DNA of 64,000 nt from Nitrospirota bacterium (lineage in GTDB: Bacteria; Nitrospirota; UBA9217), in assembly GCA_963737155.1 (NCBI GenBank), contig CAVTRN010000001.1, forward strand, positions 1,088,001-1,152,000. The letters are read 5' to 3'. This document shows, piece by piece, positions 44,297-56,384 of the stretch (positions are counted from its first letter, which is position 1; every line of letters starts with the position of its first letter). A program made the translations under genes and the position numbers. The notes beneath the pieces are model-generated. The model was given only the letters and a program-made list of their open reading frames with translations. It ran no database searches and had not been told where the DNA came from.

Positions 44297-45730
44297 TTAG
44301 GAGAGAATTTGCACCGTTTGTTTAATCATTTCTATGGCTGGACCAGGATATACGCCGAGCCATACAAGAAAAACGGTGAGAGATGCCAGAACAATGCTGC
44401 TGCTCCGGGAAAGCCCGGGTTCCCCTTGCATCTCCTGCTCTCCGGTTGAAAACAGCACGACGATGATCCGCAGGTAGTAATAAAGTCCAATTACGCTGTT
44501 GACCGCAAGAACGATCACCATCAGCCAGAGCGCAGAACCGATCCCTGCGGCAACGATATAAAATTTACCGATAAAGCCCGCGGTAAGCGGGATGCCAGCA
44601 AGCGAAAAGAGCATTATCGTGAACACACCGGCAAGGAGTGGCCGTCTTCGGACAAGTCCCCGGTAATCATCCAACCGGTCCGCATCACGGTCAGGGCCAG
44701 AAAGGACTGTGACCACTCCGAACGTGCCTAATGTCGTGACGAAATACGCGCTCAGATAAAACGCAGCAGCGACGCGGCCTGTCGGGCCACTCGCGAGAAT
44801 CGTTACGAGCAGGTAGCCAAGGTGGGAGATTGATGAGTATGCTAAAATCCGTTTCACGTTTGTCTGGAGCAATGCCAGGAGGTTGCCGACGAACATGGAA
44901 GCAATGGCAATGAGTGTGATGATAATGCCAAGCGCTTCCTGTGCGTGGATTTCCACGTAGGCAAAATAGCGCAGCAAGAGAGCGAATACCGCTCCTTTTG
45001 AAACCGTGGCGATAAAGGCTGTAACCGGTGCAGGCGCTCCCTCATAAACGTCCGGGGTCCAGAGGTGAAAAGGAACAACGGCGAGTTTAAATCCGAGCCC
45101 GACGATGATCATGGCCACCCCGGACAGAAACGGCAACTGCCGTAGTTGTGTTCCTGCGGTTCGGGAAGCGATTTCCGTGAATGCTAGGCTGCCTGTTGCA
45201 GCATAGACGAGAGCCATGCCGAAAAGAATAAAGGCAGATGAAACAGCAGCCAGGATCAGATACTTGACTCCCGCCTCCACGCTACGGTCGCTGTGCCTAA
45301 AGTAGCCGGCCAGGGCGTAAAGTGAGACGCTGAGGAGTTCGATGCCGAGGAAGAACGATGCAAAGTGTGTTGCTGCAGTCAGAACGGCACAGCCCAACAG
45401 GGCGAGCATCAGCAGGAGATAGAACTCCTCGCGATGGCCTTCATGCTTTTCAAGGTATGAGTAAGACATTGCTGTTACGGCAAATCCCGCGAGAAGAAGA
45501 AGGCCAAGGAAAAAGAAGCCATAACGGTCGATGGTGAGAAGGGGTGTAACGTTTCTCGGAAGTATGGATAAAACGCCTGAAATGCATATCCCGGAAAGCG
45601 CCAAGCCCGCAAGCGTGAGGATTACGGTGATTTTGTGATTGCGATAGAAAGCGAGTACAAGCATGGTGATCACCACCGTTGCCGACAGAACAAGGTAGGG
45701 TGAAAGTGCGGTCAGATCGACGATGTTCAT
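44297..45730 (-). CDS. nuoN: NADH-quinone oxidoreductase subunit N
   Basis: EAGVKY, FKLAVVPFHLWTPDVYEGAP and KRILAYSSI motifs. Confidence 0.95.
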   Translation of the reverse strand: MNIVDLTALSPYLVLSATVVITMLVLAFYRNHKITVILTLAGLALSGICISGVLSILPRNVTPLLTIDRYGFFFLGLLLLAGFAVTAMSYSYLEKHEGHREEFYLLLMLALLGCAVLTAATHFASFFLGIELLSVSLYALAGYFRHSDRSVEAGVKYLILAAVSSAFILFGMALVYAATGSLAFTEIASRTAGTQLRQLPFLSGVAMIIVGLGFKLAVVPFHLWTPDVYEGAPAPVTAFIATVSKGAVFALLLRYFAYVEIHAQEALGIIITLIAIASMFVGNLLALLQTNVKRILAYSSISHLGYLLVTILASGPTGRVAAAFYLSAYFVTTLGTFGVVTVLSGPDRDADRLDDYRGLVRRRPLLAGVFTIMLFSLAGIPLTAGFIGKFYIVAAGIGSALWLMVIVLAVNSVIGLYYYLRIIVVLFSTGEQEMQGEPGLSRSSSIVLASLTVFLVWLGVYPGPAIEMIKQTVQILS

Positions 45731-47241
45731 TCTTCGCCTCCCTTCGTCTGGATCATCGGGTTCTCCTGGGTCGCGCTGAAGCTGACGGCATGGAGAACAG
45801 GTTCGACCGGTCTCAAGACCGTCTGTGGGAAGAAACCTATCCAGATAATCACGATGATCATAGCCGCCATAATCCCCATCTCACGGACCGTAAGATCGGC
45901 AAGACGGATGCCCATCTTTTTTTTGCCTTGAAAGACTCGTTGCACTATCCAGAGTGAATAGATTGCGGCAAAGACAAGCCCGCTTGCAGCGAGGATAGTG
46001 ACGATGCGGTGCATTTGGAACGAACCGATAAGCACCAGGAATTCGGCAATGAAATTACCGAAGCCGGGCAAACCGAGCGACGCCAGCGCAAAAACCAGCG
46101 CCACACCGCCCAAGCGCGGCGCCGGTTCCCAAAAGCCGCCCATTCGACCCATCTCCCGCGTATGGATGCGCTCCTGAATTATGCCGACAACGATGAACAG
46201 AGCGCCTGTACTGACTCCATGTGCCACTATTTGCATAACTGAGCCAGAAAGCGCGGTTGCTGAGCCGGCGAATATGCCGAGAAGCACGAAGCCCATGTGG
46301 CTTACGCTGGTATAAGCAATGAGACGCTTTAGATCGCTCTGTCCGAAAGCCATAATAGCGCCGTAGATAATTCCGATAACGGCGACGACAAGCATTGTCG
46401 GGGCAATGGCTGCCGAAGCACCCGGAAACAACGGCATGACAAAACGCAGGAGCCCGTATGCCCCGGTCTTGAGCAGGAGTCCCGCGAGAATTACGCTCCC
46501 TGCTGTTGGCGCTTCAGTATGGGCATCAGGCAGCCAGGGATGGAAAGGAACTACAGGCAGCTTCACGATAAACGCAATGAGGAAACCGCCCATAATCCAC
46601 ATCGCAGTTGAGGGGGACAAGGATGTGCCGAGAAGCATGTTGTAGTCAAACGTGTAGTTGCCCGTGTTGACGCCATGGACGAAATAGAGAGCTAGAATCG
46701 ACAGGAACATGAGAAGGCCGCCGGCCTGGGTAAAGATGAAGAACTTGAGCGACGCGTACACACGGTTCTCATGGCCCCAGATATGAATGAGAAAGAACAT
46801 GGGAACGAGCATAAGCTCCCAGAAGAAGTAAAACAGGAAAAGGTCGAGGGCTAGGAACACACCGAGAATCCCTGCAAGTACCCAGAGCAGGCTCATGTGG
46901 AAAAATCCCACATGAGCGCGGATCTCGGACCACGAACATAGCACGGAAATGATTCCGAGGAACAGTGTCAGCGCAACAAGCATAAAACTTAGCCCATCCA
47001 TGGCAAGATGCAAGCCTATGCCTAGCTGAGGGATCCATGCCTGGTTCCATTCAATTAGCCATCGTCCCCGGTCAAGTGCAGGCTGGATGTAAAAATCTGG
47101 ACACAAGATTGCCAGGAGGACGCAATCCAGTATCAGTGCAAAGAGCGAAACCCATCGTGCAGACACGTTGTTGTCGCGGTCTAGAAACCATGCTGCCAGT
47201 CCGCCGAGAAGCGGTATGATGATGAGCCAAAGAAGGATCAT
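45727..47241 (-). CDS. nuoM: NADH-quinone oxidoreductase subunit M
   Basis: FFWELMLVPM, HPWLPDAHTEAPTAGS and AYTSVSHMG motifs. Confidence 0.95.
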   Translation of the reverse strand: MILLWLIIIPLLGGLAAWFLDRDNNVSARWVSLFALILDCVLLAILCPDFYIQPALDRGRWLIEWNQAWIPQLGIGLHLAMDGLSFMLVALTLFLGIISVLCSWSEIRAHVGFFHMSLLWVLAGILGVFLALDLFLFYFFWELMLVPMFFLIHIWGHENRVYASLKFFIFTQAGGLLMFLSILALYFVHGVNTGNYTFDYNMLLGTSLSPSTAMWIMGGFLIAFIVKLPVVPFHPWLPDAHTEAPTAGSVILAGLLLKTGAYGLLRFVMPLFPGASAAIAPTMLVVAVIGIIYGAIMAFGQSDLKRLIAYTSVSHMGFVLLGIFAGSATALSGSVMQIVAHGVSTGALFIVVGIIQERIHTREMGRMGGFWEPAPRLGGVALVFALASLGLPGFGNFIAEFLVLIGSFQMHRIVTILAASGLVFAAIYSLWIVQRVFQGKKKMGIRLADLTVREMGIMAAMIIVIIWIGFFPQTVLRPVEPVLHAVSFSATQENPMIQTKGGEE

Positions 47242-47309
47242 GCTTTATTGTCTCGCCCTGCTGCGGCGCCTATCGCAAGGGTTAGGACTACGGCAAATTG
47301 GGGCGGCTC

Positions 47310-49205
47310 CTAGGGAAATAGAATAACAATCCCCAAAAATACTACTGCGCCCAACGCTATCCCCGTTACATACCACCGAATGTTGCCCGTCTGCGTTTTG
47401 CTCAGCAGACCATGCGCCGCCTGGTTCAAGTTTGCTACACCGGTGTATCCTTGATCGATTATATCCTGCTTGTTGATCTCTGCAAGCCAGAGGAATGGCC
47501 GGACGATCATCCGATCGTATAATGCATCAAAATCCCAACCTGCCAGCCAGAATTTTCTGAGTGAATCAGCGCTTCTCATGACAGCTAATTTCTCCACATA
47601 GGGAGGATGACGAATATATAATACATAGGCGACAAGAACGCCTGATAGCGAAACAAAAGAGGCAATGATCTGGAATATCCATTCAGTCTTCGGCCCGGCC
47701 TGATGGGTTGCGATGGAAGGGAACACTGGCTGGAGAAAGCTGGATAGCAGGGGCAAGTTTCCAAGCGTAGCAGGGAGTTCCACGAAACCGCCGACTATCG
47801 AGAAGAAGGCGAGTATAAAGAGAGGGACAGTCATTCGCATTCCGGGGTGATGCCCTACTTCACTTTTTGATTCGCCGAAAAACGTTACGAAAACCATGCG
47901 AAAGGTGTAGATCGAAGTAACGAACGCGCCGAGGAGTCCTGCGGTCCACAACAGGGTACTCCCCGATGGCGAGGACCAGGCCTGCCATAGAATCAAGTCC
48001 TTGCTATAGAACCCTGCAGTCACGAACGGGAGCGCTGACAGCGAAGCCGATCCGATGAGAAAAGTCCAGAACGTAGAGGAAAGCTTGTTACGAAGGCCGC
48101 CCATCTTGAACATGTCATGCTCCTCGTGCTGAGCAAGGATCACGACGCCTGCGCCAAGAAATAAAAGAGCCTTGAAAAATGCATGGGTCATGAAATGGAA
48201 TATAGCTGCCGACCATGCTCCGACGCCGAGGGCAAGGAACATGTATCCGATCTGGCTGATCGTGGAATATGCCAGGACGCGTTTGATATCGCGCTGTGCA
48301 AGCGCGCTGAACCCAGCCACGAGCAGGGTCGTGGCTCCAATTATCGCCACGGCTGTCTGAACAACAGGCGCTAGCATAAAAAGCACATGGGTTCGCGCAA
48401 TGAGATACACGCCCGCGGTCACCATGGTCGCTGCATGGATCAGGGCGCTTACGGGTGTGGGGCCGGCCATTGCGTCCGGCAGCCAGACCTGGAGAGGAAG
48501 CTGGGCTGACTTACCGAGCGCTCCGCAGAGAAGCAGCGCTGCGGCGAGAACGGCCGCGTTATGACCAACGGGCCACTTTGCATGGGCATCCAGCATCAAG
48601 TCCTGTATATTGAGGGTGCCGAGGTTCGCGAACAGCAGAAATAGCCCAATCGCCATCGCTGTGTCGCCGATGCGTGTTACGATAAAGGCTTTGCGCGCGG
48701 CGCGGCCGTTCGCAGGATCGGCATACCAGAATCCGATGAGGAGATAACTGCAGAGGCCTACTCCTTCCCACCCGAGGTAGAGAAGAACGAGGTTGTCGGC
48801 GAGCACAAGAGTGAGCATGGCACCCACGAAGAGGTTCATATATGCGAAGAACCGGCTGTACCCCGCATCATTCTGCATGAATTCCGTTGAGTAGAGGTGG
48901 ATCAAAAAACCAACAATGGTGATGACAAGGACCATAATCAGAGAGAGCGGGTCGAGTACGAAGGCGATAGATACCGTATAATTGTCGAAATGCATCCAGG
49001 TCCAGAGCGTTTGCGTCAGGACACGAGCGTGCGGAGGCGCGGTTATGAAGTTGACAGCAATGGTAACGGCAAGAAGCGCTGCAAGCCCAACGGAACCCGA
49101 GCCGACCAGAGCGACTATCCTCTTGGGCAGGCGTCGGCCCAGCAGCACAAGGCTGAGGAATCCGGCATAGGGAAGAGCGGGAATGAGGAATAATAATCCG
49201 TTCAT
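47310..49205 (-). CDS. nuoL: NADH-quinone oxidoreductase subunit L
   Basis: GWEGVGLCSY, GKSAQLPLQVWLPDAMAGPTPVSALIHAATMV and THAFFKALLFL motifs. Confidence 0.96.
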   Translation of the reverse strand: MNGLLFLIPALPYAGFLSLVLLGRRLPKRIVALVGSGSVGLAALLAVTIAVNFITAPPHARVLTQTLWTWMHFDNYTVSIAFVLDPLSLIMVLVITIVGFLIHLYSTEFMQNDAGYSRFFAYMNLFVGAMLTLVLADNLVLLYLGWEGVGLCSYLLIGFWYADPANGRAARKAFIVTRIGDTAMAIGLFLLFANLGTLNIQDLMLDAHAKWPVGHNAAVLAAALLLCGALGKSAQLPLQVWLPDAMAGPTPVSALIHAATMVTAGVYLIARTHVLFMLAPVVQTAVAIIGATTLLVAGFSALAQRDIKRVLAYSTISQIGYMFLALGVGAWSAAIFHFMTHAFFKALLFLGAGVVILAQHEEHDMFKMGGLRNKLSSTFWTFLIGSASLSALPFVTAGFYSKDLILWQAWSSPSGSTLLWTAGLLGAFVTSIYTFRMVFVTFFGESKSEVGHHPGMRMTVPLFILAFFSIVGGFVELPATLGNLPLLSSFLQPVFPSIATHQAGPKTEWIFQIIASFVSLSGVLVAYVLYIRHPPYVEKLAVMRSADSLRKFWLAGWDFDALYDRMIVRPFLWLAEINKQDIIDQGYTGVANLNQAAHGLLSKTQTGNIRWYVTGIALGAVVFLGIVILFP

Positions 49206-49230
49206 TGCTCAGGGTTCAGAGTGAAGACCT

Positions 49231-49539
49231 CTATCCTTTCATAATGCTCGCAGCATCGGCGTCGAGAGTTTTAAAATTGTGATGCAACTGAAGAACGAGG
49301 GCCAATCCTACGCAGACTTCAGCTGCAGCCATGGTCAGGATAAAAATGAACATGACCTGACCGTCGACCTGGCCCCATTGCGCTCCCGCGACCACAAAAG
49401 CCAGGCCTACTGCGTTTAGCATCACTTCAACGCTCATGAGCATGAATACGATGTTCCGGCGCACGAGTACGCCGGCCAAACCCAATGCAAACAAGATAGC
49501 TGCCAAAACGAGACCATGCTCCATGGGAATGTTTGCCAT
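49231..49539 (-). CDS. nuoK: NADH-quinone oxidoreductase subunit K
   Basis: RRN...SVEVMLN...GQV...AAAEV motifs. Confidence 0.95.
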   Translation of the reverse strand: MANIPMEHGLVLAAILFALGLAGVLVRRNIVFMLMSVEVMLNAVGLAFVVAGAQWGQVDGQVMFIFILTMAAAEVCVGLALVLQLHHNFKTLDADAASIMKG

Positions 49540-49548
49540 TTAAACTCC

Positions 49549-50043
49549 TTAATGCTTATGCGGCCTGCCGAGGTGATACGCACCAACCAATCCCGCCAGA
49601 AGCAGCATCGAAGCCAGCTCTACGCCGATCACGTAGGTGCCGAAGAGGGCTATCCCGACCTGCTTGGGCGTTACTTCGGTGACGGATGCAAGCCGCCCTC
49701 GCTCTGCAATGAATAGATAGATCAGTTCGCATGCGAGTATCAGGCACAGGAGGGCAGGCCCTGTCCAAATCCCCGGCTCAAGCCATTGGGACTCCTGCCT
49801 GGCTGCGTCCGCGCCAAGGTTCAGCATCATGATCACAAAGACAAAAAGGACCATAATTGCTCCGGCATAAATGATCACCTCGAGCGCGGCGACAAAGGGG
49901 GCGCCGAGAGTGAAAAAAATGAGCGCCACAGCGAGCAGCGAAACAATTAGGTATAAAAGCGCGTGTACGGCGCGGGTCCTGGAAATGACCATGACCGTTG
50001 AGAGGACGGCTACAACGCCGGACAGATAAAAAAGGAAGTTCAT
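49549..50043 (-). CDS. nuoJ: NADH-quinone oxidoreductase subunit J
   Basis: IYAGAIMVLFVFVIMML and ELASMLLL motifs. Confidence 0.95.
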   Translation of the reverse strand: MNFLFYLSGVVAVLSTVMVISRTRAVHALLYLIVSLLAVALIFFTLGAPFVAALEVIIYAGAIMVLFVFVIMMLNLGADAARQESQWLEPGIWTGPALLCLILACELIYLFIAERGRLASVTEVTPKQVGIALFGTYVIGVELASMLLLAGLVGAYHLGRPHKH

Positions 50044-50092
50044 CACGGTGGTTACTTTCTTTCAAATTAAAGCAGTGTCGTTCTCGGTTATC

Positions 50093-50608
50093 TCACGGCA
50101 TCAAGTCTTTTACATCCACGGGCTTCTCTTCATTCTCTGCCTCGCCCTTGTCCTTGTCCTTTATCGAGAGTCCTGCAACGCGGTAAAAATTATAATCAGG
50201 ATACTTGCCCGGTCCGCTGATGAGCAGATCCTCTTTTTCGTAAACAAGGTTTTGACGCTTATACTCACCCATCTCGAAATCGGTCGTAAGCTGTATGGCA
50301 TAGGTCGGGCATGCTTCTTCGCAGTATCCGCAGAATATGCACCGAGAAAAATTGATGCGGAAAAACTCGGGATAGCGCCTCCCATGCTCGTCCTGAGTAG
50401 CCTGAAGCGAAATGCAGTCGACAGGGCATGCCACAGCGCAGAGATAGCACGCAACGCATCGCTCACCACCGTCGGGGCTGCGGGCAAGGATGATTCTGCC
50501 TCGCCATCGAGGAGGAATGTAAGGCCTCTCCTCGGGGTACTGGATCGTGACCCGCTTTCGGAACATGGTTATGAAGACCGTCCAGATTGATTTTAGCAAG
50601 CTAATCAT
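50093..50608 (-). CDS. nuoI: NADH-quinone oxidoreductase subunit I
   Basis: Two CxxCxxCxxxCP 4Fe-4S motifs and YPEE. Confidence 0.96.
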   Translation of the reverse strand: MISLLKSIWTVFITMFRKRVTIQYPEERPYIPPRWRGRIILARSPDGGERCVACYLCAVACPVDCISLQATQDEHGRRYPEFFRINFSRCIFCGYCEEACPTYAIQLTTDFEMGEYKRQNLVYEKEDLLISGPGKYPDYNFYRVAGLSIKDKDKGEAENEEKPVDVKDLMP

Positions 50609-50756
50609 AGGTTTGACCTACCAAAGCATTATTTCATGTTCTGCCGGGACAGGCTGCACAGTACAGAGAAGATCCGCATTCCCGTTCGCCATTCCGGCGC
50701 GCGTAGGAATGACGTAAAAGAATAGTCCCCAATGAGAGGTATTGCAGAATCTACAA

Positions 50757-51716
50757 CTATCTTGTCAATAGAACCGCCGCTCCTGTCACAATCAGGTTCA
50801 GCAATGACAGCGGCAGCATCACCTTCCATCCGAACGACATAAGCTGATCATAGCGCGGCCGGGGGAGCGACGCACGGAGGAGAATAAAAAAACAGATAAA
50901 CAAAAACGTTTTAATCAGGAACCAGGCCAGAGGTGGAAGGAGAGGCCCCCACCAGCCGCCGAAAAACAGAGCAACGGTCAGCGCTGAAATTAAAGCGATT
51001 CCGAGATATTCTCCCACGAAGAACATGCCGAATTTCATCCCCGAATATTCTGAATGGTATCCCGCAACGAGTTCGCTCTCCGCTTCGGGTAGATCGAAGG
51101 GCAGGCGATGGGTTTCAGCAATTCCTGCGATAAAAAAGACGACGAAACCAATAAACTGTGGCACCACGAACCACATGTGGCGCTGCGCTTCCACGATTTC
51201 TCGCAGGTTGAACGACCCCGCAAGCATGACGACGCCCATGACCGACAGACCCATGAAGACTTCATAGGAGAGCATTTGCGCAGACGCTCTCAGCCCGCCT
51301 AATAGTGAATATTTGCTGCCCGATGCCCAGCCCGCCAATGCCACGCTGTATACGCCGAGGGATGACATGGCCAGGAAGAACAGAAGTCCAATATTCAGAT
51401 CAACGATCTGGATACCCGGCGCGAAAGGGATGATGGCGTAAGACATGAGCACGACTACGACGATGACAGCCGGCGCGATGATGAACATGGCCTTGTCTGC
51501 AAAGGGTGGGATCCAGTCTTCTTTTGTGAAGACCTTGATCATATCTGCCAGCACCTGCAAGAGGCCGAACGGCCCCACCCTATTCGGGCCGTAACGATCT
51601 TGCCACAGGCCTAGCAACCGGCGTTCGAGCCAGATCAACATCCCACCGATGGTCAGCACGACGATTAAAATACCGTAAAGCATTACGAGTTGCCTGATAA
51701 TGTCCGTCATGATCAT
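50757..51716 (-). CDS. nuoH: NADH-quinone oxidoreductase subunit H
   Basis: ERR...[25 protein letters not shown] and PRPRYDQ motifs. Confidence 0.96.
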   Translation of the reverse strand: MIMTDIIRQLVMLYGILIVVLTIGGMLIWLERRLLGLWQDRYGPNRVGPFGLLQVLADMIKVFTKEDWIPPFADKAMFIIAPAVIVVVVLMSYAIIPFAPGIQIVDLNIGLLFFLAMSSLGVYSVALAGWASGSKYSLLGGLRASAQMLSYEVFMGLSVMGVVMLAGSFNLREIVEAQRHMWFVVPQFIGFVVFFIAGIAETHRLPFDLPEAESELVAGYHSEYSGMKFGMFFVGEYLGIALISALTVALFFGGWWGPLLPPLAWFLIKTFLFICFFILLRASLPRPRYDQLMSFGWKVMLPLSLLNLIVTGAAVLLTR

Positions 51717-54424
51717 GCCGCCTTCTTTATTTTATAATACCGCGACGGAACGATCCCCAGCGATGCAGCCATGGCTGAGTGGAGGCCTGCAACGCCCTTG
51801 GGCAAATCCGGAAAGATCATCAACTGCAGCAAATAGGTTTCCAGATCAGTCGATATTTCCGCCATCTCTCCCCGTGTCGCATTTATACGCGATGCATCTT
51901 CGGGATTGAGCGCAATGTACGGTTTGGGAGCTTGCTGAGCAATTCCAGGAGAGAGAGAACTCAATTCCTCGGAGCCGAAAATATGATAGAGTGGAACGAT
52001 TAGCCATTCGTTATTTTTATGGTTAAATGCGTCGGGGATGCGCTGGAAGTATTCCGCTTTGTCGCTGTTTGAACTCTCAAGCAGTCTTTTGCCGGGATCG
52101 CCTCCATGAAGAAGGCCACCGACCTCCTGTTGGAATTTATTCAAGGCCTGGACAGAGTTCCATCCCGGCGACCAGTACCGGGATATGAATGAGGAAGGTG
52201 GTTCACCCTCGTACCCTTCCATCGAATATGAGAGGGGTGAGTCTGCGTCCTCCGGAGGCTTTGGCTCATGGACGCTGATGTTTGCCAGCATGGATGTTCG
52301 GCCGCTGTACCGATGAGGCTGACGCGGTATTTTCTGACCGTCAATCCTAAAGTCCGCATCTGGTGCCAGATTCTGAAGCGGTTTAAAAAGTGGAAATGCA
52401 GCCGCGATTTCGGCGGTGATATCGTCAAAATTCTTCCAGTGAGCCTGGCCGCGTCCTGATACCGTGATGATATCGCGAATCCATTTCCAGCCTTCTTGTA
52501 CGTCATGGTCGGGTTTGATGACCGGATAGAACCTCTGAGCCCGACCTTCGTTGTTCACGATCGTTCCCTGAGACTCAGCAAACGTACTGGCAGGCAGCGC
52601 GAGCTCGGCTGTTGACGACATCTGATTTACCAAATGATCGATGACGACAACGTGTTTTGCGGCTTTTATGAACTCGTTTAACCTGACAGCGTCAGTTCTT
52701 TGGTAAAGATCATTTTCGAGGATAACGACCGTATCAGCGACACCGCTGAGAACGGTTTTGCAGGCATCATCCAGCGACTTACCCTGAAAAAGAGCAAGAC
52801 CCATGCTGTTGCATTCCTTCGCGGTGAAACAAAGCCGGGTACTTTTCCCGATTCCGCACAATGACCACGCCACGTTTGCGGCTGCCTGCACCACGGCTGA
52901 GTTGCCGAGGCTTCCTCCCGACACAATGAGCGGTCGTCTGGCGTTTTTCAATGCGATAGCGATTTCCTTCGCTGTTTCGAGAGCCGCCCCGGAAAGGTCC
53001 ACTACCGGAGGAGTATCGGGGTTCAGGTGGTGAGCGACGGCGAAACCAAGCCTCGCAATATCATCAGGCGCCGCATGGTATGTTTTTGCTGCGATGTTAT
53101 CGAGCTTCGTGCCGCAGACCGATGCTGAAAAAAGCGGGCTCCGTTCGTCCTGGGCGGCATTGCGGACCGCAGCATCATCCCATGCAGGGACCCTAATCCC
53201 GGCTGCCATATCCAGCCCTTTTCGCTGAACGGACTGCTGGAGGGCCAGCGCCAGCAGGGGGGCAGTGTTAGTCACGTCTTCGCCCAGAATGAACACGGCG
53301 TCGGCCATGGCCACATCATGCAGGGAAGCCGGCTGAGCCGGGCCCTTCGAAAAAATCTCGGCGATCATGCCTTGCAGTCGCCGCTCAATTTCCGGTATCC
53401 CTGAATAGAAATTGCCTGGACCGACGAGCGTGCGGAGTGCGAAATTGGATTCGAGCGAGGCTCGCGGAGAACCGATGCCGATGATGCCCCTACTCTTGGC
53501 CAGGATGCCGGTTACCTGTGTAAGCGCCAGAGTCTTTTCCACCGGTATCTGGACATGCTGACCGGACTCTTTCATCAGTCCTTTTCTTATCCTTCGTCCG
53601 CTGTTGACGAAATTGTATCCGAACCGCCCGCGGTCGCAGAGGAAGTAACCATTCACCTCGTAGTTATATCGGTTGAGTATCCTTCTCAGCGAACCATAAC
53701 GCTCGCCGGGAATGGTGTTGCAGCCGATGCCGCAATGCACGCAGACTGAAGGCGCGGTTTGAAGGTCCCATTTGCGAGTGAAGTGCTGCTTTAGCGTTTT
53801 GTCCGTGAATACGCCGGTGGGGCAGACCTCGACCAGGTTACCGCTAAACTCGCTTTCCAGAACGCCGTCCTCATGGCGGCCGAAGTAGACGTGATCATGA
53901 GATGCAAATACCTGGAGATCCCTACCGCCCGCATAGTCGCGGTAAAATCTGATGCAACGATAGCACTGGATGCAGCGGTTCATCTCGTGGTTGATGAAGG
54001 GGCCGAGATTCTGGTTCCGGTAGGTGCGCTTCTTGAATCGAGTCCTCCGGTAATCATGTCCCGTCATGACCGTCATGTCCTGCAAGTGGCATTCGCCGCC
54101 CTCATCGCATACAGGACAGTCGTGGGGATGGTTCAGCATCAGCCACTCGATAACGCTCGATCGGAAGGCCCGCGCATCGGGATCGTCCACAGAGAGATGC
54201 AAACCTTCGGCCACCGGCGTCATGCAGGACATCACGATTCTGCCACGGGTGTCCTTTTCGTCCTTGAACAACTTGACCGCACACTGCCTGCACGCCCCCA
54301 CGGAGTGCATGGCCGGGTGCCAGCAGAAATAAGGCAGGTCGAGGCCGAGGGAGAGGCAGGCTTGCAGAAGATTCTGGCCGTCATTGACCTGATAAGGTTT
54401 ATTGTCTATATAGATAGTGACCAT
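51713..54424 (-). CDS. nuoG: NADH-quinone oxidoreductase subunit G (long, with N7 cluster)
   Basis: FCWHP...[27 protein letters not shown] and CVHCGIGC...C (N7). 903 aa. Confidence 0.95.
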   Translation of the reverse strand: MVTIYIDNKPYQVNDGQNLLQACLSLGLDLPYFCWHPAMHSVGACRQCAVKLFKDEKDTRGRIVMSCMTPVAEGLHLSVDDPDARAFRSSVIEWLMLNHPHDCPVCDEGGECHLQDMTVMTGHDYRRTRFKKRTYRNQNLGPFINHEMNRCIQCYRCIRFYRDYAGGRDLQVFASHDHVYFGRHEDGVLESEFSGNLVEVCPTGVFTDKTLKQHFTRKWDLQTAPSVCVHCGIGCNTIPGERYGSLRRILNRYNYEVNGYFLCDRGRFGYNFVNSGRRIRKGLMKESGQHVQIPVEKTLALTQVTGILAKSRGIIGIGSPRASLESNFALRTLVGPGNFYSGIPEIERRLQGMIAEIFSKGPAQPASLHDVAMADAVFILGEDVTNTAPLLALALQQSVQRKGLDMAAGIRVPAWDDAAVRNAAQDERSPLFSASVCGTKLDNIAAKTYHAAPDDIARLGFAVAHHLNPDTPPVVDLSGAALETAKEIAIALKNARRPLIVSGGSLGNSAVVQAAANVAWSLCGIGKSTRLCFTAKECNSMGLALFQGKSLDDACKTVLSGVADTVVILENDLYQRTDAVRLNEFIKAAKHVVVIDHLVNQMSSTAELALPASTFAESQGTIVNNEGRAQRFYPVIKPDHDVQEGWKWIRDIITVSGRGQAHWKNFDDITAEIAAAFPLFKPLQNLAPDADFRIDGQKIPRQPHRYSGRTSMLANISVHEPKPPEDADSPLSYSMEGYEGEPPSSFISRYWSPGWNSVQALNKFQQEVGGLLHGGDPGKRLLESSNSDKAEYFQRIPDAFNHKNNEWLIVPLYHIFGSEELSSLSPGIAQQAPKPYIALNPEDASRINATRGEMAEISTDLETYLLQLMIFPDLPKGVAGLHSAMAASLGIVPSRYYKIKKAA

Positions 54425-54531
54425 AGATGATCAATGTCAAAGTTGTAAAAAAACTGCGTTTGTAGAGAGTTGGGTTTCGCACTTCTGACGTCAGAGGGCA
54501 ACAATCACTTTTTTTGAATTATTTAAATTGC

Positions 54532-55803
54532 CTATTTGTAGCTGCATCTTTTTTCCTGGATGTGCCTCTCAAAATCCTCACGAAAATATTTGATCGCACT
54601 CTGCAGCGGTTCGACCGCGCCTGGGGCAAGAGCGCAGTAGGTATTGCCCGGCCCTAAAAGACTGCACTGCTGAGACAGGATATCGATATCCTGCGGCTCA
54701 CCCGATCCACTTTCGATGGCACCGAGCATCTTTTCGATCCACGGTAGTCCCTCCCTGCAGGGCGTGCACCAGCCGCATGACTCTCGGGCAAAGAACACTT
54801 CCAGATTGTGAACGAATTCTACCGGACAGGTCCTGTCATCGAGTACGATCATAGTGCCAGTACCGAGCCTGCTGCCCGCCTTCATGACCGAGTCAAAATC
54901 CATTTTCACGTCGAGATGATCGGAGATGAGAAAATCCGTGGAAGCGCCTCCGGGAATGATGCCTCGGAATTGATACCCATCCTGCATGCCCCCGGCATGT
55001 TCTTCCAGAAGTTGACGGACCGTCACTCCCATGGGCAGCTCCCAGATACCTGGTTTTTTTACGTGGCCGCTCATACCGTAGAGCTTGGTGCCGGCATCAG
55101 TACTTTTACTGAGTTGTTTGAACCACTCAGCCCCGTTGTTCACGATATGCGGGATGTTCGCTATCGTTTCTGCATTGTTGACGATCGTCGGCTTGCCGAA
55201 AAGGCCGCAAACCTGCGGGAAAGGCGGCTTGGAACGCGGTGTTGCGCGTTTACCCTCCAGCGCGTTCAGGAGCGCGGTTTCTTCTCCGCAGATATATCTT
55301 CCCGCGCTGCCATGGACGCGAAGCTCGAGATTGAATCCCGATCCGAGAATGTTCCTGCCCAGATAGTTGTTTGCATACGCCTCCGCGATTGCCGTTTCGA
55401 GCCGTTTTATCGCAAGCTTGTATGCCCAGCGCACGAAAATGAAGGCTTGCTCTGCTTCAATGGCGTAAGCGCTCGCGATGACGCCTTCAATGATCTGGTG
55501 CGGATCTCCTTCGAGCAGCAGCCGGTCCTTGAACGTGCCTGGCTCCATCTCGTCGGCGTTTACGACTAAATACTTGGGACGCCGCGCCTTTGGCCCCATG
55601 GGGACAAAGCTCCACTTCGCTCCTGTCGGAAAGCCCGCGCCGCCCCGGCCGCGCAAGTTTGAGGTTTTCACGATGTTCTGAACATCCTGGGGCGACATCG
55701 AAATAACTTTGCGAACGGCCTGATACCCTCCTGCCTTCTCGTATTCCCTGAGAGAGAGGGGCTCACGGTCGGGCTGGATGTTTTTCGTAAGTGGTTGTTC
55801 CAT
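54532..55803 (-). CDS. nuoF: NADH-quinone oxidoreductase subunit F
   Basis: RGRGGAGFPTG, NADEMEPGTFKD, YICGEETAL and SCGWCTPCREG motifs. Confidence 0.96.
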   Translation of the reverse strand: MEQPLTKNIQPDREPLSLREYEKAGGYQAVRKVISMSPQDVQNIVKTSNLRGRGGAGFPTGAKWSFVPMGPKARRPKYLVVNADEMEPGTFKDRLLLEGDPHQIIEGVIASAYAIEAEQAFIFVRWAYKLAIKRLETAIAEAYANNYLGRNILGSGFNLELRVHGSAGRYICGEETALLNALEGKRATPRSKPPFPQVCGLFGKPTIVNNAETIANIPHIVNNGAEWFKQLSKSTDAGTKLYGMSGHVKKPGIWELPMGVTVRQLLEEHAGGMQDGYQFRGIIPGGASTDFLISDHLDVKMDFDSVMKAGSRLGTGTMIVLDDRTCPVEFVHNLEVFFARESCGWCTPCREGLPWIEKMLGAIESGSGEPQDIDILSQQCSLLGPGNTYCALAPGAVEPLQSAIKYFREDFERHIQEKRCSYK

Positions 55804-55878
55804 AGTTGTCTTTAGCCACGAATGAACGCGGTCTATCGTATAGGTTTATCCTTCATCCTGTTCATCCGTCATTTCAAC

Positions 55879-56343
55879 TCATGCATACTTGCTGAGAATC
55901 GCATCCAACATCTCAGGTGCAACCGGTCCGTAGAGGTCGTCATCAACCATTATCGCCGGGCCTCGATCGCAGGCACCGAGGCAGGAGATGGGGAGCAGTG
56001 TGAATCGTCTATCTTCTGTCGTCTCGCCGAAAGAAACATTTAGCCGGAGTTTTAAAAGATCTAGCAGTGGATTGTAGCCCATGACCCAGCAGCTGATGCT
56101 GTCGCACACAAGGATCACATGCCTCCCCACCGGCTTCCTGAAAAGGAAACTGTAGAATGTGGCCACGGCATCGAGCTCATCGGCTGTCATGTTAAGCCTG
56201 ACTGCAATGTCCCTGACCGCTTCGTCCGACACCCAGCCGCGGTAGCGCTGGACGATGTTAAGCGCATCGACGGATACGGAGGACTTTATGGTCGTACGGG
56301 CTAGCTCGGCGTCTATTTCACTTTTTTCTTTTTCCGACAACAT
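55879..56343 (-). CDS. nuoE: NADH-quinone oxidoreductase subunit E
   Basis: ATFY and the 2Fe-2S ligands CDSISC and CLGAC. Confidence 0.95.
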   Translation of the reverse strand: MLSEKEKSEIDAELARTTIKSSVSVDALNIVQRYRGWVSDEAVRDIAVRLNMTADELDAVATFYSFLFRKPVGRHVILVCDSISCWVMGYNPLLDLLKLRLNVSFGETTEDRRFTLLPISCLGACDRGPAIMVDDDLYGPVAPEMLDAILSKYA

Positions 56344-56384
56344 GGGTTCCTCTTGAACCTGAAATCTGAACGGGAATCTTCTTT

